64,000 nt of DNA from Clostridia bacterium (GCA_017623475.1 JAGAPC010000009.1:24645-88644); one strand, 5' to 3'. Counted from the first letter of the stretch, positions 1-9,763 are shown. The notes: a model not told the origin generated them from the sequence alone. Numbers and translations: made by a program.

Positions 1-582
1 TGCCTCCATTTCCTCCGGAGAAGAAACCTTGACGTCATCGAAAATATCGTCGGCGCAGATCGATTCAAACACCGTATCCGCCTGTTCAAGAGACAGTTGG
101 GCGCCGTCCTCCCAATAGACCTTATATCCGTTATATTCCTTGGGATTGTGGGAGGCGGTAATGTTGATCCCTGCAATACAATTCAATTCCCGAATAGCAA
201 AGGAAACTTCGGGGGTGGGACGCAATTCGTCAAACAAATACGCCTTGATTCCGTTTGCCGTCAGAACGCGGCAGGTCTCAACGGCAAATTCCCGGGACAT
301 AATACGGCAATCGTGACCAACCACGACGCCCCGTGCGGCGGCATCCGCGCCGGTTTTTAAAATCAGCTCGGAAAGCCCTTGGGTCGCGTGACGCACCACG
401 TAAATATTCATGCGGTTCGTTCCCGCACCGAGAACGCCCCGAAGCCCGGCGGTACCAAAGGTTAATTTGGAGCCGAAACGGGAGATAATTTCTTTTTCGT
501 TTTCAGCAACGGCGATCAATTCTGCCTTCGTGTCCGCATCGACGACCGAGGAAGACAGCCAGCGTTGAAGCATTGTGTTCAT
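1..582 (-). CDS. alpha-D-phosphohexomutase (phosphoglucomutase/phosphomannomutase family), first 194 codons; the rest lies beyond the left edge
   Basis: Absent from the ORF track because there is no stop in the window. My reverse-strand translation from ATG 582-580 reads MNTMLQRWLSSSVVDADTKAELIAV..LTFGTAGLRGVLGAGTNRMN..IAGINITASHNPKEYNGYKVYWEDGAQL. TASHNP is the phosphoserine loop of this family. The frame stays open to nt 1. Confidence 0.85.
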   Translation of the reverse strand, partial: MNTMLQRWLSSSVVDADTKAELIAVAENEKEIISRFGSKLTFGTAGLRGVLGAGTNRMNIYVVRHATQGLSELILKTGADAAARGVVVGHDCRIMSREFAVETCRVLTANGIKAYLFDELRPTPEVSFAIRELNCIAGINITASHNPKEYNGYKVYWEDGAQLSLEQADTVFESICADDIFDDVKVSSPEEMEA

Positions 583-610
583 TCTAATATATTCCTTTCG
601 TGCAGTGGGT

Positions 611-868
611 TTACAGGGATTTTTTGAATTCTTCCAAGGCGCAGGCAAGCTGGTCGGGGCAGGAGGTGTCCTTCATCCCGCAACGAATTCCTTTTAACAC
701 GTCGATCACTTCATCAACGCTGCGGCCTTCCGCAAGACGGGCAACGCCCTGGGTATTTCCGGAGCAACCGCCGGTAAACTTTACGGTAGTAACGACGTTG
801 GAATCATCGATTTCCAGATGAATTCCACGGGAGCAAACGCCCTTGGGGGTAAAATCAAAGGTTTTCAT
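611..868 (-). CDS. small TSCPD-domain protein (TIGR03905-like)
   Basis: Track ORF 611..940 trimmed to ATG 868, which is preceded by AAAAGGAG. The protein reads MKTFDFTPKGVCSRGIHLEI..FTGGCSGNTQG..RCGMKDTSCPDQLA and carries the TSCPD signature. Confidence 0.75.
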   Translation of the reverse strand: MKTFDFTPKGVCSRGIHLEIDDSNVVTTVKFTGGCSGNTQGVARLAEGRSVDEVIDVLKGIRCGMKDTSCPDQLACALEEFKKSL

Positions 869-903
869 TATAGCATAACTCCTTTTATGGATAAATATTC
901 CAA

Positions 904-939
904 TTTTGCATTTTGCATTCTGCATTTTGCATTTTTGCA
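904..939. repeat. five tandem heptamers TTTTGCA/TTTTGCA/TTCTGCA/TTTTGCA/TTTTTGCA (TGCAAAA on the coding strand)
   Basis: Read directly from the sequence. The array begins right after the rlmH stop (941-943) and ends about 25 nt short of the SD of the TSCPD gene. Confidence 0.9.
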
Positions 940-940
940 T

Positions 941-1375
941 TTATTTATGGTACGTCATATTGCGTTGAATGGTAAAGGCGCGGTAGATTTGTTCCAATAA
1001 GATCACGCGCATCATCTGATGGGGAAAGGTAAAGGAAGAAAAGGATAACCGCAGATCCTCACGCTTTTTTACCCCCTCATCCAGACCGCAGGAGGAACCG
1101 ATGATGAAGGTGATCTTGGACGAGATCTGGGAAACGGCGGCGATCTTTTCCGCCAAATCCTCGGAGGTCATGGGCTTACCTTCCACGCAAAGGGCGACGG
1201 TGAAGCCTTCACATTCCTTTAAAATTGCGTCTTTTTCTTGAGAAAGGGTCGATTCGGGAAGTGCAACGCATTTAAACTTGCAAAAGGCGGAAAGGCGCTT
1301 TTCGTATTCGGCGCAGGCGTCCCGCCAATAGGCTTCCTTCAGCGTTCCGACGCAGACCAATTTTACCGTCATCAT
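941..1375 (-). CDS. rlmH: 23S rRNA (pseudouridine1915-N3)-methyltransferase RlmH
   Basis: MMTVKLVCVGTLKEAYWRDACAEYEKRL..IIGSSCGL..LSFSSFTFPHQMMRVILLEQIYRA matches the RlmH/SPOUT family in length and sequence. ATG 1375 overlaps the upstream stop (ATGA). The track extension to 1477 is an Arg/Gly-rich overlap. Confidence 0.9.
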   Translation of the reverse strand: MMTVKLVCVGTLKEAYWRDACAEYEKRLSAFCKFKCVALPESTLSQEKDAILKECEGFTVALCVEGKPMTSEDLAEKIAAVSQISSKITFIIGSSCGLDEGVKKREDLRLSFSSFTFPHQMMRVILLEQIYRAFTIQRNMTYHK

Positions 1376-2169
1376 AAGCAAAACACCTCGGACCGATCGC
1401 TTCGGGGGGCAACCCGAACGCGGACGTCTTTTTCCGCCTCGATGCCGGAGCGCCGCAGAGCGTTTTCCACCGTGCAACGGCAGAGGGATTCGGTATTATT
1501 ATCTTTACTTAAATGGGCGAGAAATACCTGCTCCGTCCCTTTTTGGACGAACTCGGTCAACGCCTCCCCTGCCTGCTGGTTGGACAAATGTCCGTTCGGA
1601 CCGGAGATCCGCTGCTTTAAGGAATAGGGATAGGGCCCGTTGCGGAGCATATCAATATCGTGATTTGCCTCAAACACCAACACCTTGCATCCGTTCAGCG
1701 CATTGGTAACGTCGTCTGTGATCTGCCCAAGGTCGGTGGAAATACCCACCTTGCAAAGTCCGGTGTCAATGACGTACCCGGCGCACTCCACGGAATCGTG
1801 CATACAGGGAAAGGAGGTGACGGAAAAGGCGCCGCTTTTTGCGTTTCCGCCGGTGGGGAGGACGCAAAACAGATCGGAATCCACCTCCGGAAGCAAAAAG
1901 GAAATTTCGTCCAGGGTGCTTCGGTTGGCTAAAATCGGAATCCGATATTTTTTGGTGATGGTTTTCAGTCCAGAAATATGATCGGAATGCTCGTGGGTAA
2001 TAAAAATTCCTTTTACCTTGGAAAGGGAGGAATCGACGGAATTCAGCAACGCTTCGGTACGGCGGATACCGGCGCCGGCGTCAATCAAAAGACCGCATCC
2101 GTCAACCTCCACGTAAGTACAGTTGGCACTGCTGCCGCTGACCAGGGTACAGACCTTCAATCGACTCAC
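1372..2169 (-). CDS. MBL-fold metallo-hydrolase (YycJ/WalJ-like)
   Basis: HxHxDH motif (ITHEHSDHISG). Start chosen at GTG 2169, which forms a GTGA overlap with the murA stop. The track start at 2178 is also GTG. Confidence 0.8.
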   Translation of the reverse strand: MSRLKVCTLVSGSSANCTYVEVDGCGLLIDAGAGIRRTEALLNSVDSSLSKVKGIFITHEHSDHISGLKTITKKYRIPILANRSTLDEISFLLPEVDSDLFCVLPTGGNAKSGAFSVTSFPCMHDSVECAGYVIDTGLCKVGISTDLGQITDDVTNALNGCKVLVFEANHDIDMLRNGPYPYSLKQRISGPNGHLSNQQAGEALTEFVQKGTEQVFLAHLSKDNNTESLCRCTVENALRRSGIEAEKDVRVRVAPRSDRSEVFCL

Positions 2170-3470
2170 GACAAACACTCCGAAGGGCAGGCTTCCGTGT
2201 TGATCCCATCGTCGATCTTGTCAATTTCCGCACCGAGACTGCGAAGCTTTTCCACCAAGCCTTCATATCCGCGCTCGATATGGCGGATATCGGAGACCTC
2301 GGTGATCCCCTCCGCGGCAAGGCCTGCAAGCACCATAGAAACGCCGGCACGAAGGTCGCAGGCACGCACCGAAGCACCGTGGAGCTTTTCCACGCCGTTG
2401 ATGACGCAGACATTTCCATCCACTTCGATTTTCGCGCCCATTTTCCGCAATTCCGCGGCGTAACGGAAGCGTTGATCGTAAACACCCTCCGTAATGACCG
2501 AAGCGCCGACGGCGGTGGTAAGCATGGTGGCAAACTGCGGCTGCATATCGGTGGGGAACCCGGGATAGGGCTGGGTTTTAATGTTGATTCTTTCGGGGCG
2601 ATCCAGACGGGTGACGATGATGGAATCGTCCAATTCCTCAATCCCGACGCCTGCCTCCTCCAATTTGGCAGAGATGGATTCCATGTGCTTGGGAATCACG
2701 TTTTTAACCTCTACCCTGCCCCCTGCGATGGCGGCGGCAACCATGTAGGTGCCGGCTTCGATCTGATCGGGAACGATTTCGTAGCGTCCGCCCTTCAGTT
2801 CCCGACCGCCGTTGATACGGATCACGTTCGTTCCCGCACCCTTGATATCGGCGCCCATAGCGTTCAAAAAGTTTGCGATATCAACCACGTGGGGTTCTTT
2901 TGCGGCGTTTTCGATGGTGACCTTTCCGGGAACGCCGACAGCGGCAAGCATTACGTTGACCGTTGCGCCGACGCTTACGATGTCAAAATAAATGGAGGAG
3001 GGACGAAGTCCGTCCGACTCGGCGATGACGTTGCAATTCTCCAGATCGACCGTGACCTTGGCACCTAAAGACTCAAACCCCTTGATGTGCTGATCGATGG
3101 GGCGGGAGCCGAAATCACATCCTCCGGGAAGCCCGACCTTGGCGTTTCCGAACCGACCGAGCAACGCACCGATGAGATAATAGGACGCACGCATTTTCCG
3201 AACGGCGTCCTGATCGGCGACGACCGTAGAAGGAATCGCGGAGCAGTCGATCCGATAGGTGGATTTTTCCAGCCGCGTAACTTCAGCACCAAAGGAGCGA
3301 AGAATTTCAAACAAAAGAAAGACGTCGCTGATCTCCGGTACGTTATCGAGGATACAAACTCCCTTTACGAGAACGGTTGCGGGAATGATCCCGACGGCGG
3401 AATTTTTGCTTCCGCTGACGGTGACAACTCCCTCCAAGGGACGGCCGCCGTGTATGACAAACTTTTCCAA
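2166..3470 (-). CDS. murA: UDP-N-acetylglucosamine 1-carboxyvinyltransferase
   Basis: KFVIHGGRPLEGVVTVSGSKNSAVGIIPA.. shows full-length MurA-type sequence. TTG 3470 is preferred as start because GAGGTG lies 6 nt upstream. GTG 3479 is the alternative. Confidence 0.9.
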   Translation of the reverse strand: MEKFVIHGGRPLEGVVTVSGSKNSAVGIIPATVLVKGVCILDNVPEISDVFLLFEILRSFGAEVTRLEKSTYRIDCSAIPSTVVADQDAVRKMRASYYLIGALLGRFGNAKVGLPGGCDFGSRPIDQHIKGFESLGAKVTVDLENCNVIAESDGLRPSSIYFDIVSVGATVNVMLAAVGVPGKVTIENAAKEPHVVDIANFLNAMGADIKGAGTNVIRINGGRELKGGRYEIVPDQIEAGTYMVAAAIAGGRVEVKNVIPKHMESISAKLEEAGVGIEELDDSIIVTRLDRPERINIKTQPYPGFPTDMQPQFATMLTTAVGASVITEGVYDQRFRYAAELRKMGAKIEVDGNVCVINGVEKLHGASVRACDLRAGVSMVLAGLAAEGITEVSDIRHIERGYEGLVEKLRSLGAEIDKIDDGINTEACPSECLS

Positions 3471-3499
3471 AACGAACACCTCAAAGATTTTATGATAAA

Positions 3500-5083
3500 T
3501 TACAAATATTTCTGCGGATCAAGATATGTTCGGGACGATTTCAGATATAAGGCAAAATGCAGGTGGTTTCCGGTACTGTTCCCGGTACTGCCCACGTAAG
3601 AAATCGTTTCTCCCTGGTAAACTTTCTTCCCGGCGTATATGCCCTCTGCCAGCTTTGATGCGTGACCGTAAATGGAAATGATTCCGTTTCCGTGGTCGAT
3701 CTTGACGCACCAGCCGAGGGAGCGATCCCACCCGGCAAAAGAAACCGTTCCGGCGTCTGCGGCGTAGATGGGAGTTCCGTAGGATGCGGCAAAGTCCACT
3801 GCCTGGTGGAAATTCCGCGAGCCCCGAAGCCAACGCCAACCAAAGGTGGAGGAAATATATTTATAAGACTTTAACGGAAGAATAAACTTTCCGGAGGGAG
3901 CGATAGGCTTCGTTCCGATCAACACCTTTTGAGGAACGGAATCCTTTACCTTTACCCGTGAGATTACGGCGGTGGACGATGCCTGTCCGTTTACGTAAAC
4001 GTTGTTGGAAACCACCTCGTAAATCCCTTCCGTACCCTTGGACAACACCTTTTTCGTGCCCTCGTAATAATCGTCGGAATAGGAATATTCCGTCTCAAAG
4101 GGAACGGTCTCTGCCGAAGTGACGGTCATCGTGTTTTTTACCGTCAGCTGCAGATAGGGCTTTCCGTAGCGGATCGTTTGTCCAACGCGGACGTCCTGCC
4201 CCACGGGAATTTCGTTCAGCAGCCGTAAGACCGGAACGCTGACCCCGGAGCGCTGGGACAGGGATTGCAGAGTGTCTCCCTTTTCCACGGTGTAGGTTTT
4301 TAAGTCGGGACCGGTTTGGAACAGATCCAAAATCCGGCGGTATCCCAGATCGTAGGATTGGGCGTATTCCCCTTTGACGATCTCAACGTAATTGATGATT
4401 TCTAAATTATCTTCCTCGGGATCCATGACGTAATATCCCAAGACCTGTTCCAGAACTGCGTCGAGAATGGAACGATCCTTGCTGGTTGCGACCAGCTCTC
4501 CGTCCAAAAACAGTCCGTAGGAACGGCGGGTATATTCCGACGCCATGGTGTAAAGGGCGGCATACAGATCCTGCTCCCGGGTAAAATCATCCCGATCGAC
4601 GATGGCGTAGCGCAGGGTGGGAAAGGCTTCGATCAAATACAATTCCTCCCCGGTCTGGGCGACGCTTTCCTGCTTGACGCGGGTTTCCACCTGATCGTTG
4701 ATTTTACTGTATTGGGCGGAATTTTCCACGTAGCCGATGATCTCGTCCCCGACGCCGACGGCAAGCCCGACGGAATAGTTGGAGAAAAACCAAAGACAGC
4801 CGCAGATCAGAGCCGCACCCAGCAAGGGAAACACGGCGGGAGATAAAAAGGACATCACCGCAGAGACCGAGGTGCGGAAATAATGGAATCCCTTTTGAAA
4901 AAGCAAAAGGATCCGATACCAAGGAGAGGTGCTGCGGACGGTCATGTGGCGGAATTTTTCCTGATGAGCGCGCATCTTACGCCGACGCAACGCATAATAC
5001 TGCTTCCGAAGACGGCGCAAGAATCGAAACAGAAAAAAGCTTCGCCAAGAATGAGGCTTGTCATTCCGGAATCGGTTCGGCAT
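3500..5083 (-). CDS. membrane-anchored LysM + M23 peptidoglycan metalloendopeptidase
   Basis: N-terminal hydrophobic helix. LysM segment YTVEKGDTLQSLSQRSGVSVPVLRLLNEI. M23 motifs HQAVDF and GNHLHFALY. AAGGAGG lies before ATG 5083. Confidence 0.85.
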   Translation of the reverse strand: MPNRFRNDKPHSWRSFFLFRFLRRLRKQYYALRRRKMRAHQEKFRHMTVRSTSPWYRILLLFQKGFHYFRTSVSAVMSFLSPAVFPLLGAALICGCLWFFSNYSVGLAVGVGDEIIGYVENSAQYSKINDQVETRVKQESVAQTGEELYLIEAFPTLRYAIVDRDDFTREQDLYAALYTMASEYTRRSYGLFLDGELVATSKDRSILDAVLEQVLGYYVMDPEEDNLEIINYVEIVKGEYAQSYDLGYRRILDLFQTGPDLKTYTVEKGDTLQSLSQRSGVSVPVLRLLNEIPVGQDVRVGQTIRYGKPYLQLTVKNTMTVTSAETVPFETEYSYSDDYYEGTKKVLSKGTEGIYEVVSNNVYVNGQASSTAVISRVKVKDSVPQKVLIGTKPIAPSGKFILPLKSYKYISSTFGWRWLRGSRNFHQAVDFAASYGTPIYAADAGTVSFAGWDRSLGWCVKIDHGNGIISIYGHASKLAEGIYAGKKVYQGETISYVGSTGNSTGNHLHFALYLKSSRTYLDPQKYL

Positions 5084-5191
5084 AAATCCTCCTTGTAGAA
5101 TTACGTTGAGAAACGTCCTTAAATATAACGCACACGCGGATTATCTATATTAACTATAATATTATAATATAAAATGAAGCGAAAAGCAAGA

Positions 5192-5229
5192 GGAATTTTC
5201 ATCTTTCCCGGAAATAAGATGAAAATTCC
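5192..5229 (-). terminator. 13-bp perfect hairpin downstream of luxS
   Basis: GGAATTTTCATCT (5192-5204) pairs with AGATGAAAATTCC (5217-5229). The T-rich tail on the minus strand is only moderate. Confidence 0.6.
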
Positions 5230-5259
5230 CCAAAACGTACGATTAAATTTACAGATTTG

Positions 5260-5709
5260 TCAATAAAAAATTTGCTCTGCCGTCCAATCCTTGATCACGT
5301 CGCAATACTTGGCGGCAATCGCCCTGGCGGCGGGAAGATCGTGTTCCCGATAATTTCCGCATTCCTTTTCGGCAGTTCCCGGAACGATCCCATCATAGGA
5401 CGCAATAAAGGAAAAGGTCTCTTGAATCAGAGCGACCGCTTCCCCGTCAGTATTATCGACCGTGAGAAGATAAAACCCGGTACGGCACCCCATAGGACCG
5501 AAGTAGATGATTTTATCCCCCATCCTGCCGTTGCGGGCGTGCACCGCAAACAGATGCTCGATGGTGTGCATGGCGGGATTGGGCAAAAACTCTTTGTTGG
5601 GCGCGGTAACGCGGATATCGTAGGTCCGAACCCCGTGATCCACCCGGGAAAGGTATATCCCCGGCGTTAAAATGGTATGATCCACTTCAAAACTTGCGAT
5701 GGTTTCCAT
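5260..5709 (-). CDS. luxS: S-ribosylhomocysteine lyase
   Basis: HTIEHLFAV and GPMGCRTGFY motifs. Start at ATG 5709; TTG 5712 is possible. Confidence 0.9.
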   Translation of the reverse strand: METIASFEVDHTILTPGIYLSRVDHGVRTYDIRVTAPNKEFLPNPAMHTIEHLFAVHARNGRMGDKIIYFGPMGCRTGFYLLTVDNTDGEAVALIQETFSFIASYDGIVPGTAEKECGNYREHDLPAARAIAAKYCDVIKDWTAEQIFY

Positions 5710-5712
5710 CAA

Positions 5713-6546
5713 TCACAACTCCTTAATCAAATCGTAAACTTCCTGCTTTGACAATGAATATTCCTTTGCGATTGCCTTTGCGGCGGCGCTTTTCCCCAGC
5801 CCCTCTGCGGCTTTTTCCCGCCACAGAGCGAGAATCTGATCCTCGTCGGGAGCAGGAAGATCCTCCGCCGTACAGCCTTCCACCACCAACACGAATTCCC
5901 CGCGGGGATCCGTATTCTGATATCGGGCGACGGCTTGGGAAAGCGTGGAACGGATACATTCCTCGTAGATTTTGGTAATCTCCCGAACGCAGGCAATCCG
6001 ACGGTCCGAACCGAAAACGGCTTCAAATTCCGACAGGGTATCCTTTAAGCGGTGGGGGGCTTCGTAAAAGATCATGGTGCGCGGCTCGGTCTTCAAGGTC
6101 TCGAACAACGCGGTTTTTTCTTTTTTTACCGTGGGTAAAAAGCCCTCAAAGGTAAAACGGCGGGAGGGCAGCCCCGACATGGCGAGGGCGGTAACGAAGG
6201 CGCAGGGACCGGGAACGGCGCTGACCCGAAGCCCCAGCTCGATACAGTCGGAAACCAAATCCTCCCCCGGATCGGAAACGGCAGGCATCCCGGCGTCGGT
6301 GATCAACGCACAGCTCTCCCCTGCCTTCAGACGGGCAAGAATTTTTTCTCCGTGTGCCTTACGGTTGTGATCAAAATAACTGATCATCGGCTTTTTAATT
6401 CCAAAGGAAGAAAGCAACATTCCGGAATTGCGGGTATCCTCGGCGGCAATAAAATCCACGTCGTTTAAAACCTCCAGCGCCCGAGGGGCAAAATCCCCCC
6501 GGTTGCCGATGGGAGTGGCGACGAGCCATAAAGATACCTTTTCCAT
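5713..6546 (-). CDS. rsmI: 16S rRNA (cytidine1402-2'-O)-methyltransferase
   Basis: LWLVATPIGNRGDFAPRALEVLNDVDFIAAEDTR is the RsmI N-terminus. Start at ATG 6546. The track N-extension overlaps the upstream gene. Confidence 0.9.
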   Translation of the reverse strand: MEKVSLWLVATPIGNRGDFAPRALEVLNDVDFIAAEDTRNSGMLLSSFGIKKPMISYFDHNRKAHGEKILARLKAGESCALITDAGMPAVSDPGEDLVSDCIELGLRVSAVPGPCAFVTALAMSGLPSRRFTFEGFLPTVKKEKTALFETLKTEPRTMIFYEAPHRLKDTLSEFEAVFGSDRRIACVREITKIYEECIRSTLSQAVARYQNTDPRGEFVLVVEGCTAEDLPAPDEDQILALWREKAAEGLGKSAAAKAIAKEYSLSKQEVYDLIKEL

Positions 6547-6559
6547 ACCGTTCCTTCTT

Positions 6560-7267
6560 TCAAAAGCGATGAATTGCCTGAAACTGCTCCGTTTCTTTGC
6601 CCGATTCATCGTATAATACAAAGGGAGGATCACACTTCAAGCCCGAAGCGGCGCCCTTTTTACATTCCATTAAAAACAACTCCGGCGCTTTGCCGAATTT
6701 CGGATAAATCAACCGCAAGACCTTCGGCTCCAGCTTGAATCCGGAACAGGCAACCATCGCTTCGGTCAAGCGTTCCGGCTTGAAAACGAAGCAAAAACGT
6801 CCGCCGAACCGCAACAAGCGGGAAGCGGCTGCGGCAACGTCGGAGAAGGTGCAGGTTTCCTCTCTGCGGGAGGCTTCCACCTCTTGTCGGGCGGTCTTCC
6901 CGGTGCCGGGTAAAAAATAGGGAGGATTTGCGGTGACTAAATCAAATTTTCCGTTGGGAAGCGAGGTTTTTTTCAGATCCTCACAACGGATAAAAACCCG
7001 ATCCTGCAAATGATTTAACGCCACGGACTGTTCCGCAAGATCGGTACAGGGCTTGGAAATATCCACGCCGTACACCGCTTCGGCGCAATCGTTTGCGGCT
7101 AACAAAAGGGGTAAAATTCCCGTTCCGCAGCAGAGATCCACGGCGGTGGAAAACCGCTTTTCCGCGGCAAAAGAAGAAAGCAGGATCGCATCCGTACCGA
7201 AGCAAAAGCCGTCGGTGTCCTGATAAATCTTCCAACCGTGAACAAAAAGATCGTCCAATCGGATCAT
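6560..7267 (-). CDS. tRNA (adenine-N6)-methyltransferase-like (TrmN6/YfiC family)
   Basis: SAM motif I DLCCGTGILPL and motif IV NPPYF. Confidence 0.75.
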   Translation of the reverse strand: MIRLDDLFVHGWKIYQDTDGFCFGTDAILLSSFAAEKRFSTAVDLCCGTGILPLLLAANDCAEAVYGVDISKPCTDLAEQSVALNHLQDRVFIRCEDLKKTSLPNGKFDLVTANPPYFLPGTGKTARQEVEASRREETCTFSDVAAAASRLLRFGGRFCFVFKPERLTEAMVACSGFKLEPKVLRLIYPKFGKAPELFLMECKKGAASGLKCDPPFVLYDESGKETEQFQAIHRF

Positions 7268-7280
7268 AGACTTCTCCTTA

Positions 7281-7330
7281 AAATAAAAAAATGCATAATG
7301 AGACCCGAAACATCAGTTCCCATTATGCAT
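7281..7330 (-). terminator. intrinsic terminator of the ferredoxin gene
   Basis: ATGCATAATG (7291-7300) pairs with CATTATGCAT (7321-7330), followed on the minus strand by TTTTTTATTT. Confidence 0.8.
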
Positions 7331-7341
7331 TTCTGCGCGGA

Positions 7342-7515
7342 TTATTCTGCGGGGTTGGGAGCGCCAACGGGGCAAGCACCGGCACAAGCGCCGCAATCAA
7401 TGCAATCGTCGGCGTTGATGACAAACTTGCCGTCCTGTTCAGAAATTGCGCTGACGGGACATTCATCGGCGCAAGCGCCGCAAGCGATGCATTCATCGTT
7501 AATCTGATAAGCCAT
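7342..7515 (-). CDS. 2x[4Fe-4S] ferredoxin (57 aa)
   Basis: CIACGACADECP and CIDCGACAGACP cluster motifs. ATG 7515 is preceded by AAGGAGG. Confidence 0.85.
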   Translation of the reverse strand: MAYQINDECIACGACADECPVSAISEQDGKFVINADDCIDCGACAGACPVGAPNPAE

Positions 7516-7640
7516 GATAAGTACCTCCTTCAAAGTTCGGGTATCGAGACCGATACTCATATTAAGCATATTATAGCACGATTTTTATCATTCGTCAAGT
7601 GCTAAATTCCAAATTTTTCGTCAAATTATGAAAAAAATCA

Positions 7641-8585
7641 TTAAACGATGCGATTTCTCTGCTCTCCGGCAAAAAATGCTTTCATATTCTCCGCCATGTT
7701 CCGAACGCAACGGTTCCGCGCCTCGGCGCTTCCCCACGCCATATGAGGCGTGAAACAGACGTTCTTTCGGTCAAGAATCCGCGTGAACGGATGATCCTGC
7801 GGAAAAGGCTCGACGGAATAGACGTCCACGCCCAAGCCCCCAAGTCTGCCCTGCTCCAGCGCTTCGGTCAGGGCTTCCTCGTCGGTGACGGCACCACGGG
7901 CGACGTTGATCAGGATTGCGCCGGGCTTCATTTGCGAAATGCGCTCCCGGGAGATCATCCCCCGGGTAGAATCGTTGAGGGGAACGTGCAGAGATATAAT
8001 ATCGGCGCGCTTGCACAATTCGTCGATGGAAACCTGCTCGTAGCGGTCGTCGGGCTTTCTGCGGCACATCAAAACCTTGCAGCCCATCGCCTCGGCGACC
8101 TGCGCAACCTTTCCGCCGATCCCGCCGCCTCCCACGACCCCCCAGGTCATCGAAGAAATCTCGTGATAGACGGGGGTCAGCTTGTTGGCAACGCCGGAAG
8201 CGGAATAAGCGCCCGACGATACGAATTCGTTATATTCCGGCAGATGGGTAACCAAAGACAACGCCATGGCAAGGGTCAGCTGCGCCACGTTGTCGGTAGA
8301 ATAACCGGGGACATTGCACAGGGCGATTCCATGCTCCTTGCAGTATTCCGTATCAATATTATCGTACCCCGTGGCGGCAACGCAAATAAGCTTGACCGCC
8401 GTTCCGGGAAGGTTGGTAGCGTTGAGTTTGATCTTATTGACCACCACCACATCGGCATCGAGAATCCGTCCGTGAATCTCATCGGGAGTTGTGGTGGCAT
8501 ATTCCGCAGTTTCACCCAGAGAACGAATGGGAGACAAGTCCACATCTGCGCCCAAGGTTGCGGCGTCTAAAATTGCGATTTTCAT
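7641..8585 (-). CDS. D-isomer-specific 2-hydroxyacid dehydrogenase (glycerate/hydroxypyruvate reductase-like)
   Basis: Rossmann motif VVGGGGIGGKVA. Family-typical segments ..LINVARGAVTDEEAL.. and ..FTPHMAW. Confidence 0.85.
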   Translation of the reverse strand: MKIAILDAATLGADVDLSPIRSLGETAEYATTTPDEIHGRILDADVVVVNKIKLNATNLPGTAVKLICVAATGYDNIDTEYCKEHGIALCNVPGYSTDNVAQLTLAMALSLVTHLPEYNEFVSSGAYSASGVANKLTPVYHEISSMTWGVVGGGGIGGKVAQVAEAMGCKVLMCRRKPDDRYEQVSIDELCKRADIISLHVPLNDSTRGMISRERISQMKPGAILINVARGAVTDEEALTEALEQGRLGGLGVDVYSVEPFPQDHPFTRILDRKNVCFTPHMAWGSAEARNRCVRNMAENMKAFFAGEQRNRIV

Positions 8586-8627
8586 AAAACACCTCGTCAG
8601 ATTTCGTTTTTGCGTTAAAGGTTATTA

Positions 8628-9632
8628 TCAAAATTGTTGCGAAACGCGGTAGGCATCAAAGGAAGATTCGGCAATCTCACTCTTTTCCACCTCAAGGCAA
8701 ACCACCCAGCCTGCCATGGCGCAATCCCCCGATTGGGGAATCAGGGCTTCCACCTCCACGGTGCAAACGCCGTCTTTCAGATAGCAGCGGCGTATCCGAT
8801 GGGCGTTGGAACTGCTTGATTCGTAAGTATAAATCAGAAGCAGCGACTTGTTTTGAAAAAATTCTTCCCCGTAGGTATCGCACAGATCAAACAGAGCAGA
8901 ATTCTTCCACAAAACGCCCTCGGTGTAGGAATCGGTGGCTTTCAGCGACGATAAAATCTGCTTCAATTCCTCTTGGCTTTCAATCTCCGCAATCGGCAGA
9001 GGGCGATTGTCGTTGGGAGCGTTTTCCGCAAAGGAGAAAAACAGAGCCTCGTGTTCCCCGCTTCCGTCCACGTGAATATAGGAAGCGTTATAGGGAATCG
9101 GGGTTGAAATTTGCACAACCCTCGTTACGTTTGGAATTTGTGCCGGATAGGTTTCCAATATATCCCCCAGATACGCCACGTAAACCATATCGCCCACGCC
9201 TAAATTTGCACGGGGGATCGGTTCACTTCCGTCGGAAAACTTGGTATTTTCCTGCAATTTGCACAAGAACTTTTCGTGGTAATACGGGGTTGTTCCTTCC
9301 TCCTCAACCAGCATTTCATTTTCCCGGATCTCAAGAATCGTGGCAGTAAAGTACGATTCATTCGACTCGTTCTCCCGTGCCTTTGTCCACAAATCAAGGA
9401 TCGGGGAATTACGGTAAGAGGGAGCGTAAATGCTCCATTTCACGTAGGGCTCCGTGGATCCGTCGATATACGTAAGCGTCCTGTCCCACCGAATGAGGCG
9501 ATAGGTCAGGGCTTGAAAATCCAGACTTTTCCCATCCTCCAACGTGCCGACGGGAATGGGAAGAAACAGGATCAGAAGCAGAAGCAAAACCACCGATGGA
9601 ATTAAAATAAAGAGCAATTTTTTCTTTTTCAT
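8628..9632 (-). CDS. hypothetical membrane-anchored/secreted protein
   Basis: N-terminus MKKKKLLFILIPSVVLLLLLILFL. The middle segment ..VGDMVYVAYLGDILETYPAQIP.. resembles small OB-like DUF3221/YobA domains (weak, from memory). GGAGGGGAG SD. Confidence 0.65.
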   Translation of the reverse strand: MKKKKLLFILIPSVVLLLLLILFLPIPVGTLEDGKSLDFQALTYRLIRWDRTLTYIDGSTEPYVKWSIYAPSYRNSPILDLWTKARENESNESYFTATILEIRENEMLVEEEGTTPYYHEKFLCKLQENTKFSDGSEPIPRANLGVGDMVYVAYLGDILETYPAQIPNVTRVVQISTPIPYNASYIHVDGSGEHEALFFSFAENAPNDNRPLPIAEIESQEELKQILSSLKATDSYTEGVLWKNSALFDLCDTYGEEFFQNKSLLLIYTYESSSSNAHRIRRCYLKDGVCTVEVEALIPQSGDCAMAGWVVCLEVEKSEIAESSFDAYRVSQQF

Positions 9633-9763
9633 AATTCTCCCCTCCGAAGAAATGATTCCGCATTGACGGGACTACTCCGTTTTCATTATAACATCGTTTG
9701 AAAAAAATGTCAACATAATCAGCGTGTTACGCTCGGAATAATTTATAAAATTGTGAAGGCATC

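Noticed and set aside
869-940. N-terminal extension MQKCKMQNAKCKIGIFIHKRSYAI of the TSCPD ORF
   Set aside because: It is generated by the ATG-containing heptamer repeat and has no SD. A strong AAGGAG precedes the internal ATG at 868, where the conserved protein begins.
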